Both the position numbers and the translations under genes were made by a program. Below are positions 1 through 9,144 of a stretch of DNA of 64,000 nt, one piece after another (position 1 is the first letter of the stretch; each line of letters opens with the position of its first letter). The stretch comes from Halobacteriovoraceae bacterium. GTDB taxonomy: Bacteria; Bdellovibrionota; Bacteriovoracia; Bacteriovoracales; Bacteriovoracaceae. The notes below the pieces were generated by a model, which searched no databases, had not been told where the DNA came from, and worked only from the letters and a program-made list of their open reading frames with translations. The stretch lies in contig CAVRCF010000001.1 in assembly GCA_963719505.1 (NCBI GenBank), forward strand, positions 544,001 to 608,000, in the 5' to 3' direction.

Positions 1-134
1 GCATTTTCTTTCAGGTCACCATGAGCTCGCGCCTCTGCGATTTGAATCTTTAACTCCTCTCGATCATTTTTGAGAAGACTTTCAAGTTCTGCATCTAATT
101 GTTTTTTTCCAAAGACTGTCATTGGTGTAGACAT
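1..134 (-). CDS. greA: Transcription elongation factor GreA (5' part; runs off the window edge)
   Basis: Manual minus-strand translation from the ATG at 134 gives MSTPMTVFGKKQLDAELESLLKNDREELKIQIAEARAHGDLKENA, which contains the GreA ARAHGDLKEN motif. Confidence 0.93.
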   Translation of the reverse strand, partial: MSTPMTVFGKKQLDAELESLLKNDREELKIQIAEARAHGDLKEN

Positions 135-151
135 GTATTACCTCTTTATAT

Positions 152-442
152 CTATTTTTTAAAAAGTGCATCAGCTGCACTTAAGGCGCTTGCCTTTTTT
201 TCATTATCGTTATTTGTGCCATCTCCTAGCTTGAAGAAGTCACAAAAATTGGCTTTTTCTTTCTCTACTATTCTATCAGCGGTGGGTTCTCTGCAATCAT
301 TGTAAGAAGAAGTATCATAGAACTGACACATCTTGCAGCATCTAATGCTTGCGTTGCATTTTGTACAGTTTTCGTACCGGCTAATATCTTTTCCAACTTC
401 TAGTATTAGAATATCATTACACTTGTAACACTTTGCCGTCAT
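152..442 (-). CDS. Small Cys-rich hypothetical protein (probable Zn-binding)
   Basis: 96 aa ORF with CxxC, CxxC and CCxxC motifs plus further Cys; directly upstream of greA. Confidence 0.7.
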   Translation of the reverse strand: MTAKCYKCNDILILEVGKDISRYENCTKCNASIRCCKMCQFYDTSSYNDCREPTADRIVEKEKANFCDFFKLGDGTNNDNEKKASALSAADALFKK

Positions 443-976
443 CTAAAATTCCTGTGTATAACCAAGACCAAAACCTGAATTTGCCTCATCATTTGGGGCT
501 GTGAAATAAATTTGAGGAAGATTTCTTTTGTTATATTGGTCAACTGCACTTTTTAGAAGAGTCTCGTTATTGTACTGCAAGGTCTTTGATGTCAAATAGC
601 TCATAGCAACAAGAACGGCACCTCCAAGAATAAAAGTATTCTTATTTTGCACATTGCCATCATTATTTGTCTGAACAAGCCCGGCCAAAATCATTACACT
701 GCCAAGGGTACTGGTGGCAGCCCCCCAAATAGTTGGTCTATTTCTCTCTTGATACTCGTTGAGAAGGTCTTTTGCTTGATCGTCTTTCTCAAGATAAAAG
801 CGCAAGCCCTCTCCCTTTTTACTGGCACCGGCGTCGACAAGGACTTCTTGGTAATTAATGATCGCTACGCGGCTGCAGGTTTCTGCTGTGTGGGCAGAAG
901 TGATCAATAAGGTAAATATGGCAATTAGCTTTAAAAACATAAGGATTAGTTTATTCCAATACGACATATTATGCAA
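443..976 (-). CDS. Hypothetical exported/membrane protein
   Basis: Signal-peptide-like N-terminus (true start may be MFLKLI at 940) and two hydrophobic segments. Confidence 0.65.
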   Translation of the reverse strand: MHNMSYWNKLILMFLKLIAIFTLLITSAHTAETCSRVAIINYQEVLVDAGASKKGEGLRFYLEKDDQAKDLLNEYQERNRPTIWGAATSTLGSVMILAGLVQTNNDGNVQNKNTFILGGAVLVAMSYLTSKTLQYNNETLLKSAVDQYNKRNLPQIYFTAPNDEANSGFGLGYTQEF

Positions 977-1036
977 TTTTTGCTGTTAGTTGTTTTCTAG
1001 GCAGTTGCTAGTAATATTAATATATTAGGAAAATTT

Positions 1037-2755
1037 ATGGATATAGTTAAGACTGGAATTGGAATATCAAAAACGATTAAGAATGTTTCTCGTGGAAGAG
1101 AGATTCTCAATGTTCTTTGGAGAAACGGTTTTGATGAATTTATCATTAAAACTAAACTGCATTCCTATATTCCAGGTTTTGTGATTCCGCGAAGTCGATT
1201 CCAAAATGCCATCACTGAGCAAGGCGCAGATGATAACTTTTGGCAGTCGGTTGGCTTTAGACTGAGAAAGTCATTTGAAGAGTTGGGCCCAAGCTTTATC
1301 AAGCTAGGACAGCTTTTATCGACGAGAGAAGATATTCTTGATCCTGCTTTGATCAAAGAATTAAAACTCCTTCAAAACAAAGCGATAGGTATTCCTTTTG
1401 ACCAAGTTCGAGAAATCATTGAAAGAAATTTAGGCCTTTCGCTGGATGAGGCTTTTGACAGCTTTAACCGAGATCCCATAGGGATGGCTTCTATTGGCAT
1501 CGCTTACAAAGCTCAATTGAAGGATGGTACAGATGTCGTTGTTAAGGTTAGAAGACCTTTTATAGAAAAGACCATAAAAACGGACTTCGAAATAGTAGCT
1601 TTTATTATTTCTCAGGTTGAGAGGGTGTCTGGCGACTTCAAATATTTAGGAGCGAGTCGAGCGATTGATGATTTTTTCAAAAGCATACAACTAGAATTAA
1701 ACTTCATTATTGAGGCTCAGAACTGTAAAAAGCTAGCAAAAAACTTAGAATCAATTGATTCTAAAAATATGTTTGTCCTGCCTAAAATTTATGATGAGTA
1801 CACTTGTGAAGAAATTCTTGTCATGGATTTTTTAGATGGCAGACCCTTTAATGAAATTGGCGATCTCAAAAACGAAACCCCTGAACTATCAAATATGATG
1901 AATGAAAGTGTGAAAATGTTTATTCACACTTTATTGGCTGATGGTTTTTTTCATGCCGACCTTCATGGTGGAAACTTTTTTCTTTTAAAAAACGATAAAA
2001 TTGGGCTCATTGACTTTGGTCTTATGGGAAATCTCTCTAAGAAAAATAGAACAAATCTTGTTGCTATCCTCTTAGCTTTGGTGACCAATAATTATGAAAA
2101 TCTCGTCTATGAGTTTCTTGATGTCGCTGAATATGATGAGATCCCCAACCACGATATTCTGATTAGAGATATTCAAGAAGTTCTTTCACCTTTTTTGGGT
2201 CTCAGTGTTCAGCAAACAGATATGACGGCTCTTGTTCACTCTATCGTGACGACACTTGGAAAACATCAAATGTATCTTCCTCGAGAGTGGTTTATTATTT
2301 TTAGATCTCTTATGACTCTTGATGGCGTCGGTAAAGCAATAAATATAGATCTCAACATCTTTGAAGTTATCGACAGTCAGATTCACGATATTATGGGAGA
2401 GCTAGTTTCTAAAGAGTCAATTATGGAAGATGCTATGTGGATTGGGCGAGACACGCTTAATTCCATGAGGATTATCCCTAGACATTTGCGTTGGCTTTTA
2501 AAAGAATTTGCAAAAAAGAAATATCGATTAGATATTCAGCTGATAGGTATTGAAAAAGAAGTATCAGCGGTAAGTAAAAGCATGTTTTTTATGGGGTTGA
2601 TGCTTTTAACGTCGGCGCTGTTTTTCTCCGGAGTCTTTTTGTTAAAAGGGACGTCAGTTGAAAGTTTCAGTGACATCCCAATCATCGTCTGGTGCTTTTG
2701 GTCTCTGAGCTTATTAACTTTTATTCGATCAACATTTTTTCTAAGATCTAAATAG
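1037..2755 (+). CDS. UbiB/ABC1 (AarF) family atypical kinase
   Basis: LGPSFIKLGQLLSTR, ASIG, VVVKV, HADLHGGN and DFG motifs; C-terminal TM helices. Confidence 0.92.
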   Translation: MDIVKTGIGISKTIKNVSRGREILNVLWRNGFDEFIIKTKLHSYIPGFVIPRSRFQNAITEQGADDNFWQSVGFRLRKSFEELGPSFIKLGQLLSTREDILDPALIKELKLLQNKAIGIPFDQVREIIERNLGLSLDEAFDSFNRDPIGMASIGIAYKAQLKDGTDVVVKVRRPFIEKTIKTDFEIVAFIISQVERVSGDFKYLGASRAIDDFFKSIQLELNFIIEAQNCKKLAKNLESIDSKNMFVLPKIYDEYTCEEILVMDFLDGRPFNEIGDLKNETPELSNMMNESVKMFIHTLLADGFFHADLHGGNFFLLKNDKIGLIDFGLMGNLSKKNRTNLVAILLALVTNNYENLVYEFLDVAEYDEIPNHDILIRDIQEVLSPFLGLSVQQTDMTALVHSIVTTLGKHQMYLPREWFIIFRSLMTLDGVGKAINIDLNIFEVIDSQIHDIMGELVSKESIMEDAMWIGRDTLNSMRIIPRHLRWLLKEFAKKKYRLDIQLIGIEKEVSAVSKSMFFMGLMLLTSALFFSGVFLLKGTSVESFSDIPIIVWCFWSLSLLTFIRSTFFLRSK

Positions 2756-3725
2756 AGTCAAGACCGCTTATGTAGATAGGTGGAACCTTCGTGAGCTCCT
2801 CGAACCTTCCTGGACCAAAGATACCCGTCAAGAAAGCGTCAATCTCCATGACAATCTCTTTATTTTCAAAACTAAATTCAATATTGGTATTAACAGTTGA
2901 AATAGTAATAGCATTTTTCGTATAGAGAGAGATAAAGTCTTTAAACAGTGAAACAGTTCCAACTCTTAAGAGAGCGGCAAACTGAATTTCGTGATCTTCG
3001 AAATGAGCATGGGGAGACCAGAGAACTCCATACTTACTTATTTCTCTATAATCTTCAAAGTTTCCAACTTCTATAATAACACCATTTAAGTCTTCACCTT
3101 TATTCATTAAAAAGTAGTTGGTAATCTCGTCATTTTCTTTTTTTATATAAAGAGAAGATGAGGTGATTAACTTTAAAGACTCCCAGTCACTGACCTCTCT
3201 GTGTACACGTAGCTCTTTTTGTCCATTGTAGATGCTATTAAGGGTCGCTATTTGGGTGGTGGTCAACTCAGACAACGTAGTGGGAGAGTAGCTATCAACA
3301 TCATCCAGAGAGTGGTCGTATTCAAGTTGTTCAATGCATGGGAAGAAAGAAAACTTCTCATAGAGCTCAATTTGATCACTCCACAGTATATGAAAGGTGG
3401 AAGGTTTTTGAAGAGCCAGGACATGTTCAAAGAACTTTTTAAATATTCCTTGTCCTCTGTGCGACTCATCAACGGCAATGCCGCCGTACATATCGATAGG
3501 AAAGCTTTTATCTTCTACTTTGAAAAATCTTTTTGACACACCTATGTGAGCGATTACTCTGTCTCTCTCTATTATAATATGACAATTGTGGTGATTCTTT
3601 TTTTCTACAAGAGGTGCAAAGTCTACTTGAAAACTATTTTGAGCTGAGTAGTCGAAACTTTTTTCTATAAGAGTCATTGTTTCTTTAAAAAATTCAGGGT
3701 TTTTGGCCAGTGTCGTGTACTTCAT
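2748..3725 (-). CDS. GNAT-family N-acetyltransferase
   Basis: Acetyl-CoA-binding motif IAVDESHRGQGI and LYEKFSF. Confidence 0.8.
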   Translation of the reverse strand: MKYTTLAKNPEFFKETMTLIEKSFDYSAQNSFQVDFAPLVEKKNHHNCHIIIERDRVIAHIGVSKRFFKVEDKSFPIDMYGGIAVDESHRGQGIFKKFFEHVLALQKPSTFHILWSDQIELYEKFSFFPCIEQLEYDHSLDDVDSYSPTTLSELTTTQIATLNSIYNGQKELRVHREVSDWESLKLITSSSLYIKKENDEITNYFLMNKGEDLNGVIIEVGNFEDYREISKYGVLWSPHAHFEDHEIQFAALLRVGTVSLFKDFISLYTKNAITISTVNTNIEFSFENKEIVMEIDAFLTGIFGPGRFEELTKVPPIYISGLDSI

Positions 3726-3850
3726 CGTTAAACATTAACCTCTTTTTCTTAATTGGGCAAAATTATTCACAAGCTAAGTGATTGATTTTGTGAGCTTTTT
3801 TCTCGTTTGTAGGCAATTTATTCCCTGCTCATAATATTACAGTTATTTTT

Positions 3851-3877
3851 TTAAGAGTTCTTTTTATCCGTCGATAA
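3851..3877 (+). promoter_or_regulatory. Sigma28 (FliA)-type promoter of the first flagellin
   Basis: TTAA-N15-GTCGATAA, compared with consensus TAAA-N15-GCCGATAA, 70 nt upstream of the flagellin ATG. Confidence 0.65.
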
Positions 3878-3947
3878 AGTATTTGGATGCTTTAGGGCAT
3901 TTGGTGTGTCAAGGATTGACACAAAAACCAAGTTCAAGGAGGAACAC

Positions 3948-4793
3948 ATGGGTTTAAGAATTAATACTAATATTTCTTCTCTAAACGCTCAAAGAAATTT
4001 AAGCGGGACGAGATTAAATCAACAGAAGACGTTAGAGCAACTTTCGTCAGGTCAGAGAATTAACCGAGCAGGAGATGATGCTGCCGGATTAGCAATCTCA
4101 GAAAATCTTAAAGCACAAATCAGAGGATTAGGACAAGCAGAAAGAAATGCTCAAGATGGTATTTCACTCGTTCAAATCGCAGAGGGTGGTTTAACTGAAG
4201 TTTCAAACATAATGATTAGACTTAGAGAACTTGCAGTTCAGTCTGCATCGGATACTATCGGTCCTACTGAAAGAAAGTTCCTTAATGTTGAATTTGAACA
4301 ATTAACTGCGGAAGTAGATAGAATTGCAAACTCAACAGAATTTAACCGAGTACCACTTCTAAATGGTACGGGTGCAGTTTTTGATATCCAAATCGGAACA
4401 AGAAATGATCCTTTAGCTGATAGGCTTACGTTTGATGCTTCTAGTGCAGACATAAACGTTGCAGCTCTAGGTCTAAACTTAGCTTCTGTGTCGGATAAGA
4501 TTTCTTCTCAAAACTCTCTAAATGCAATTGACCAGGCTATTACGTCTGTATCAGGTATTAGAGCAGACTTTGGTGCTCTTCAAAACAGATTACAATCAAC
4601 GATTAATAATCTGCAGATTAGTATCGAGAACTTAAGTGCAGCAAACTCACGAGTTAGAGATGCAGATATTGCGAAAACAACCGCTGAATTAACAAAGAAC
4701 AATATTTTAATGCAAGCAGGGACATCGGTTCTAGCACAAGCTAACCAGTCTTCTACAAGTGCATTACAACTTATTCAACAAGCAGCCGGGTAA
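3948..4793 (+). CDS. fliC: Flagellin (short, D0/D1 only)
   Basis: MGLRINTN...LSSGQRINRAGDDAAGLAIS, GALQNRL and SRVRDAD motifs; SD AGGAGG before the ATG at 3948. Confidence 0.97.
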   Translation: MGLRINTNISSLNAQRNLSGTRLNQQKTLEQLSSGQRINRAGDDAAGLAISENLKAQIRGLGQAERNAQDGISLVQIAEGGLTEVSNIMIRLRELAVQSASDTIGPTERKFLNVEFEQLTAEVDRIANSTEFNRVPLLNGTGAVFDIQIGTRNDPLADRLTFDASSADINVAALGLNLASVSDKISSQNSLNAIDQAITSVSGIRADFGALQNRLQSTINNLQISIENLSAANSRVRDADIAKTTAELTKNNILMQAGTSVLAQANQSSTSALQLIQQAAG

Positions 4794-5026
4794 TAGCTAC
4801 CCCTAGCTCCGGCTAACGCTTTTGAATTGTAAAAAAAACACCTGCAAGTGTTATGTGAATTAACAACACCGTAGGTATGTGACGTCGAAACAATAGGGTT
4901 TCGTGCAAGATTGGGATGTTTGAAAAGTGCAAAAATTAGAAAACACCAATTTTGGATTAACAACAAAGAACAGTACGTTCGCTAATTACCAGGAGGTTAC
5001 AATGACTATACTAGACGGAGCTTAAT

Positions 5027-5857
5027 ATGTTCAGAATCAATACCAATGTCTCAAGCTTAGCGGCTCAAAGACATTTCGGAAATACAAAGACAGAATTAGA
5101 TAGCAGCATGAGAAAACTCTCAAGCGGCGAAAGAATAACAAGAGCTGGCGACGATGCTGCCGGCTTAGCAATAAGCGAAAAACTCAAAGCGAATATTAGG
5201 TCTTTGGGGCAAGCGAAAAGGAATGCAGGAGATGGAATCTCACTCATACAGACAGCAGAAGGTGGACTCTCAGAGGTATCTAATATTGTCATTCGTTTGC
5301 GAGAGCTCGCTATGCAAACAGCATCAGATACAGTTGGCGACACTGAGAGAGAATTTTCAAACATTGAGTTTCAACAGCTCAAAGATGAAATTCAAAGAAT
5401 CACTCAGTCAGCCGAGTTTAACGGAAGGAAACTTCTCGATGGAACAGGTGGAATCGTGGATATCCAAATTGGGATTAAAAACGATGCCTTTAATGACAGG
5501 ATTAGTTACGATAGTTCAAAAATCGCCTCTACTCTTGAAGACCTGGGAATTGGGGGGGAGCTTGTTGCAGATAAAGAATCATCGCAAATGGCCCTTTCAA
5601 AACTTGACGACGCCATTGTTAAAATTAACGGCAATAGAGCTGAGCTTGGTGCGCTCCAGAATCGTCTCCAATCTGTTACCAATTCAATTGGTATCACTGA
5701 AGAGAACCTTTCGGCGGCAAACTCAAGAATCAGAGATGTTGACGTGGCAAATGAGTCTGCCAGGCTAACGAGAAGTAATATCCTCGCGCAAGCAGGAACT
5801 TCAGTGTTGGCCCAGGCTAATCAAACGCCACAACTTGCACTAAAACTGATTGGATAG
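5027..5857 (+). CDS. fliC: Flagellin paralog (short)
   Basis: RINTN, LSSGERITRAGDDAAGLAIS, GALQNRL, SRIRDVD and LAQANQ motifs. Confidence 0.97.
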   Translation: MFRINTNVSSLAAQRHFGNTKTELDSSMRKLSSGERITRAGDDAAGLAISEKLKANIRSLGQAKRNAGDGISLIQTAEGGLSEVSNIVIRLRELAMQTASDTVGDTEREFSNIEFQQLKDEIQRITQSAEFNGRKLLDGTGGIVDIQIGIKNDAFNDRISYDSSKIASTLEDLGIGGELVADKESSQMALSKLDDAIVKINGNRAELGALQNRLQSVTNSIGITEENLSAANSRIRDVDVANESARLTRSNILAQAGTSVLAQANQTPQLALKLIG

Positions 5858-5869
5858 TCACATATCTAC

Positions 5870-5901
5870 AAGGTATCCCTCAAATGAGGGATACCTTTTT
5901 T
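5870..5901 (+). terminator. Intrinsic terminator after the flagellins
   Basis: AAGGTATCCCTC-AAAT-GAGGGATACCTT followed by a T run. Confidence 0.88.
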
Positions 5902-5946
5902 ATTTCTATCTATTTACCCTCGCGTAAAACCTGTTAAAATCAACCT

Positions 5947-6927
5947 ATGAATACAACCCCAAAAAATCAAAAAACGATTCTTATCTTTGGAGTTTCTTCC
6001 TTTTTAGGATCAAACTTGGCTGAATTACTCAAGGATAAGTACCGAGTAGTGGGGACTTACTTTAATAACGATACTAGAATCGATGGCGTTTTATCTCTCA
6101 AGTGTGACGTCCATCAAAAAGATCAAGTCCAAAAGCTATGTTTTATTATTAAGCCAGATGTAACAATTTATGCCATCGGTTTATCGAGTATTAGAGATTG
6201 TCATCAGTATCCAAAAGTTGCAGATGCTCTTAATACAGCGGGAGTTTTTAATGTCTCTGCCGCAGCAGAACGCTACAACTCAAAGTTTATTTATTTCTCT
6301 AGCTCATTTATTTTTTCTGGAGAAGACACTCTTTATAAAGAGAACGATACTCCGATGCCCTCGACGATGTATGGAAGTACAATGGCTTCCAGCGAATTCT
6401 ATGTCCAAAAATCATGCTTAAACTATATTATTTTTCGTTGTTCCCCTTTAATTGGAAGAGGGTATCAGTTTCATTCCTCTAATTGGATCGAGACACTTGA
6501 TCGATTAAACTATCAAGGGAAGAAGATCCTGTGCGACACAAAAATTTACACCGGTTTTATCGACGTATACACTCTCGCATCTATAGTTGATGAAGCTATA
6601 CAAAAGAAAATTACCAATAGGCTTTTCCAACTTTCCTCAACTGATATCATGAATAAATTTGAGTTTTCAGTGGAGTACTTGGATCATGTTAAAGGAAACC
6701 AATCTTTACTGTCGAAAGTTGATTGGGAGTTTCCAAAACTTGATAACCAAGTAACAAGGCAACAAGAGAGTGCTGAGAGCTTTTATCGTATGGACCTTGA
6801 TAATGCACGGGGAACTTTCTCCACTCCAATGCCTACTATAAAAGGTGCTATAAAGAGAATTCTAGATGAATACTCGGGGGCTATCGGTGGAGCAAAAAAG
6901 AAATCTTCTGGGGTTACTTTTATCTAG
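5947..6927 (+). CDS. RmlD-like NAD(P)-dependent sugar-nucleotide reductase/epimerase (extended SDR)
   Basis: GVSSFLG Rossmann motif, KPDVTI, FSSSFIFSG and YGSTM; the YxxxK lysine is replaced by Met. Confidence 0.8.
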   Translation: MNTTPKNQKTILIFGVSSFLGSNLAELLKDKYRVVGTYFNNDTRIDGVLSLKCDVHQKDQVQKLCFIIKPDVTIYAIGLSSIRDCHQYPKVADALNTAGVFNVSAAAERYNSKFIYFSSSFIFSGEDTLYKENDTPMPSTMYGSTMASSEFYVQKSCLNYIIFRCSPLIGRGYQFHSSNWIETLDRLNYQGKKILCDTKIYTGFIDVYTLASIVDEAIQKKITNRLFQLSSTDIMNKFEFSVEYLDHVKGNQSLLSKVDWEFPKLDNQVTRQQESAESFYRMDLDNARGTFSTPMPTIKGAIKRILDEYSGAIGGAKKKSSGVTFI

Positions 6928-7444
6928 CTGAGTGCTTAATAAATTCCGTTAAATAATGACGTGTAAGAGCGTCGACATCAACATTTTCACCATTAAATTT
7001 CCATGAGATTTTATTAAATGCACCCACGTGGGCTTTAATTTCATGAATCTTGGATGTTGGAGACTCTTCAAAGTTTAAGCGTGCCGAAAACAACCCACCT
7101 GTATTAGAGAGGAAACCAATAGTAATAACATCAGCAGATCTTCTAGCGATAACAAGTTTTAAGGAATTTCTATAAAGCATAAAGTCGTTGATAGTGTTTG
7201 AAATCTTGAATGACTTTATGAGGCCACTTTGACTTCCTCTAAACTCGTTAAACTTTGTGAGATAGATTTCAAATCTCTCTTTTAGTTCTTCCATAAGTTC
7301 AATAGAAGACTCTTCAAGGAGTTTAACTGGGTTTAGGTGTTCGCTAAAGTTAATAACACCAGTCTCTTCCATGTTGAGCTCTTCAAGAGCAAGAGTTTCA
7401 ATCCAGTTAGTAGCAATCGTATTATTAGTTAGTTGATTATTCAT
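6920..7444 (-). CDS. Hypothetical protein
   Basis: Long ORF; the ATG at 7444 is preferred over 7474 because a TTGACA-N17-GATCAT promoter lies just upstream. Confidence 0.7.
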   Translation of the reverse strand: MNNQLTNNTIATNWIETLALEELNMEETGVINFSEHLNPVKLLEESSIELMEELKERFEIYLTKFNEFRGSQSGLIKSFKISNTINDFMLYRNSLKLVIARRSADVITIGFLSNTGGLFSARLNFEESPTSKIHEIKAHVGAFNKISWKFNGENVDVDALTRHYLTEFIKHSAR

Positions 7445-7488
7445 ATAAAAATGATCAAGGTATTTGGACGACATGTCAAGAAATGAGA

Positions 7489-7670
7489 GGGTCTAGATAA
7501 TGCTTGTGGTTTCGCGCCCTAAATAAAAAGGTGGGTGCAATTAGTAATTATCTTAGGCTTCCCATTTATCAAACTTCGTTCGAAGTTTGTTGGGCATGCT
7601 CACAATAACCAGTGACAGCTCCCGCGAAAAGTAATGTAGGGCGAAACTTGTATTGCATTATCTAGAGCCC
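7489..7670 (-). ncRNA. ssrS: Probable 6S RNA
   Basis: 182-nt rod whose ends pair (CTAGATAATGC/GCATTATCTAG and TTTCGCCCTA/TAGGGCGCGAAA), with a central unpaired region, GGGAGCTG/GCACCCACC segments and an apical hairpin; extended -10 TGGTATACT 6 nt upstream of the 5' end on the minus strand. Confidence 0.8.
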
Positions 7671-7779
7671 ATAATCAGTATACCAGATTTGTGGGCAACA
7701 GTAGATAAGTAATATTAGCTGTCTTGATTTGTCTAACCTACCGGAAAGACGAAGAATTGGGGATTTATCTCATGTCGCT

Positions 7780-7808
7780 TTGCGAAAAACCGATTAAAAT
7801 GGTAAAAT
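7780..7808 (+). promoter_or_regulatory. Sigma70-type promoter upstream of flp pilin
   Basis: TTGCGA-N17-TAAAAT with extended TG. Confidence 0.5.
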
Positions 7809-7832
7809 ATAAGTATTAGAGAAACTTTTTTA

Positions 7833-7860
7833 TAAAGTTTAGGAACATTCAAGCCGAGAA
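7833..7860 (+). promoter_or_regulatory. Sigma28-type promoter upstream of flp pilin
   Basis: TAAAG-N15-GCCGAGAA, 30 nt before the ATG at 7891. Confidence 0.7.
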
Positions 7861-7890
7861 GTAAGAGTGTTCACTAATAGGAGAGTTGTG

Positions 7891-8079
7891 ATGAAGAATA
7901 AAGTTATTGAATTTTTAAAAGACGAAGAAGGACAAACATCTACAGAGTATATTCTGTTAGTTGCTATTGTGGCCCTCATTGTTATTAAGTTCGGTGATAA
8001 ACTCAAAGAAAAGTTGAATGCGATGGTAGACAAGGTCTTTACTAGAGCAGATGCTTCGCTTGAGGGATTCGAAGGTTAA
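7891..8079 (+). CDS. flp: Flp/Tad major pilin
   Basis: FLKDEEG|QTSTEYILLVAIVA Flp cleavage and E+5 motif; SD AGGAG. Confidence 0.93.
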   Translation: MKNKVIEFLKDEEGQTSTEYILLVAIVALIVIKFGDKLKEKLNAMVDKVFTRADASLEGFEG

Positions 8080-8138
8080 TCTTAGGAATTAATTTCCTAA
8101 AGCATACCTAGAGAGCTTTAATCATGTAACCTTGTTAC

Positions 8139-8366
8139 ATGCAGATAACAACTATCCTAAAATCATCGGGTCAAGCGACCATAGAATATCTATTTGTCTT
8201 AATCTTTATAGTAGGGATTTCCCTTAAAGTGGTCGGAGTTTTTTCAGATTTTATGAGAGACTCCGTCGGAAACCTTGGGCACGAGCTTTCAGTAAATCTG
8301 AGCTCGGGCGTCTGTGAATCTATCTGCTTTTTTTCTGGATATAAAAATGGGAATTCTGGAGAATGA
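8139..8366 (+). CDS. Flp/TadE-like minor pilin
   Basis: G|QATIEY motif followed by a hydrophobic helix. Confidence 0.8.
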   Translation: MQITTILKSSGQATIEYLFVLIFIVGISLKVVGVFSDFMRDSVGNLGHELSVNLSSGVCESICFFSGYKNGNSGE

Positions 8367-8866
8367 TCCCAACACTCTATCTCTTTCTTCTCATACAACT
8401 CGTCTTTGTCTCATTGCTGGATGCTAAATACAGAAAAATCTCCAATAACTGGAGTCTTTTAAATATTGCACTCTACTTAGGATTTATCATTTTTTTACCC
8501 TCGGTTCTGCCCTTCGCATGGTCAACCTTGGTTTTGAGTGGAGCTTTTCTGTGCTTTGGTTTTACACTTTTTGTTTTTAAAATAATGGGAGGAGGAGATG
8601 CAAAATATCTTACGACTTTTGCTTTGCTTATCCCAATTGAACTCCATCAACTTTTTTTAGAATACCTTTTTGTGGGAACAATTCTCTTCGCAGGATTTTT
8701 CTTTATTCGTAATGTTATAAAAAATAGAACTGATATTATCAACTACCTACGATCTTTTCACCTCCAAGGGGTAAAAAGTTTCTTTGGTACTAAATTTGCC
8801 TTCGCCCCTGTTATACTAGTTTCATGGATTTTACTTGGTCTAAATATTTATTTCGATCTCCTCTAA
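8363..8866 (+). CDS. cpaA: Prepilin peptidase (A24, CpaA/TadV-like)
   Basis: D..YRKISN and MGGGDAK aspartate motifs; polytopic membrane protein. Confidence 0.88.
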   Translation: MIPTLYLFLLIQLVFVSLLDAKYRKISNNWSLLNIALYLGFIIFLPSVLPFAWSTLVLSGAFLCFGFTLFVFKIMGGGDAKYLTTFALLIPIELHQLFLEYLFVGTILFAGFFFIRNVIKNRTDIINYLRSFHLQGVKSFFGTKFAFAPVILVSWILLGLNIYFDLL

Positions 8867-9144
8867 AACAAAAAGGTCAGTCTACGGTCGAATACATCAT
8901 GCTATTCGCAATGGTGGCGATTTTAGTGACTTCGGTTTTTAAAAGTGACTCATTCCAAAAGATTTTTGGAAAGCAAGGAACTTTTGCTAAGACCTATAAA
9001 GAAGAGATCGAATTCTCCTACCGTCACGCTTTGAGAGGAAGACAACAGTTTAGTCAACCCAACTATTCATCATCGCATATGTCCTATACCAATGGTGGAA
9101 CGACAAGATTTTTTGGAGCTAGAGATGCGTACCCTGCACAGTGA
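8824..9144 (+). CDS. Flp/TadE-like minor pilin
   Basis: KG|QSTVEYIMLFAMVAI motif. Confidence 0.8.
   Translation: MDFTWSKYLFRSPLKQKGQSTVEYIMLFAMVAILVTSVFKSDSFQKIFGKQGTFAKTYKEEIEFSYRHALRGRQQFSQPNYSSSHMSYTNGGTTRFFGARDAYPAQ

Noticed and set aside
4794-5000. c-di-GMP riboswitch between the flagellins
   Set aside because: No GEMM-type motif or stem pattern was recognised by eye
5223-5768. 181 aa alternative-frame ORF inside the second flagellin, and other short antisense ORFs
   Set aside because: They lie within well-supported genes and show no recognisable motifs
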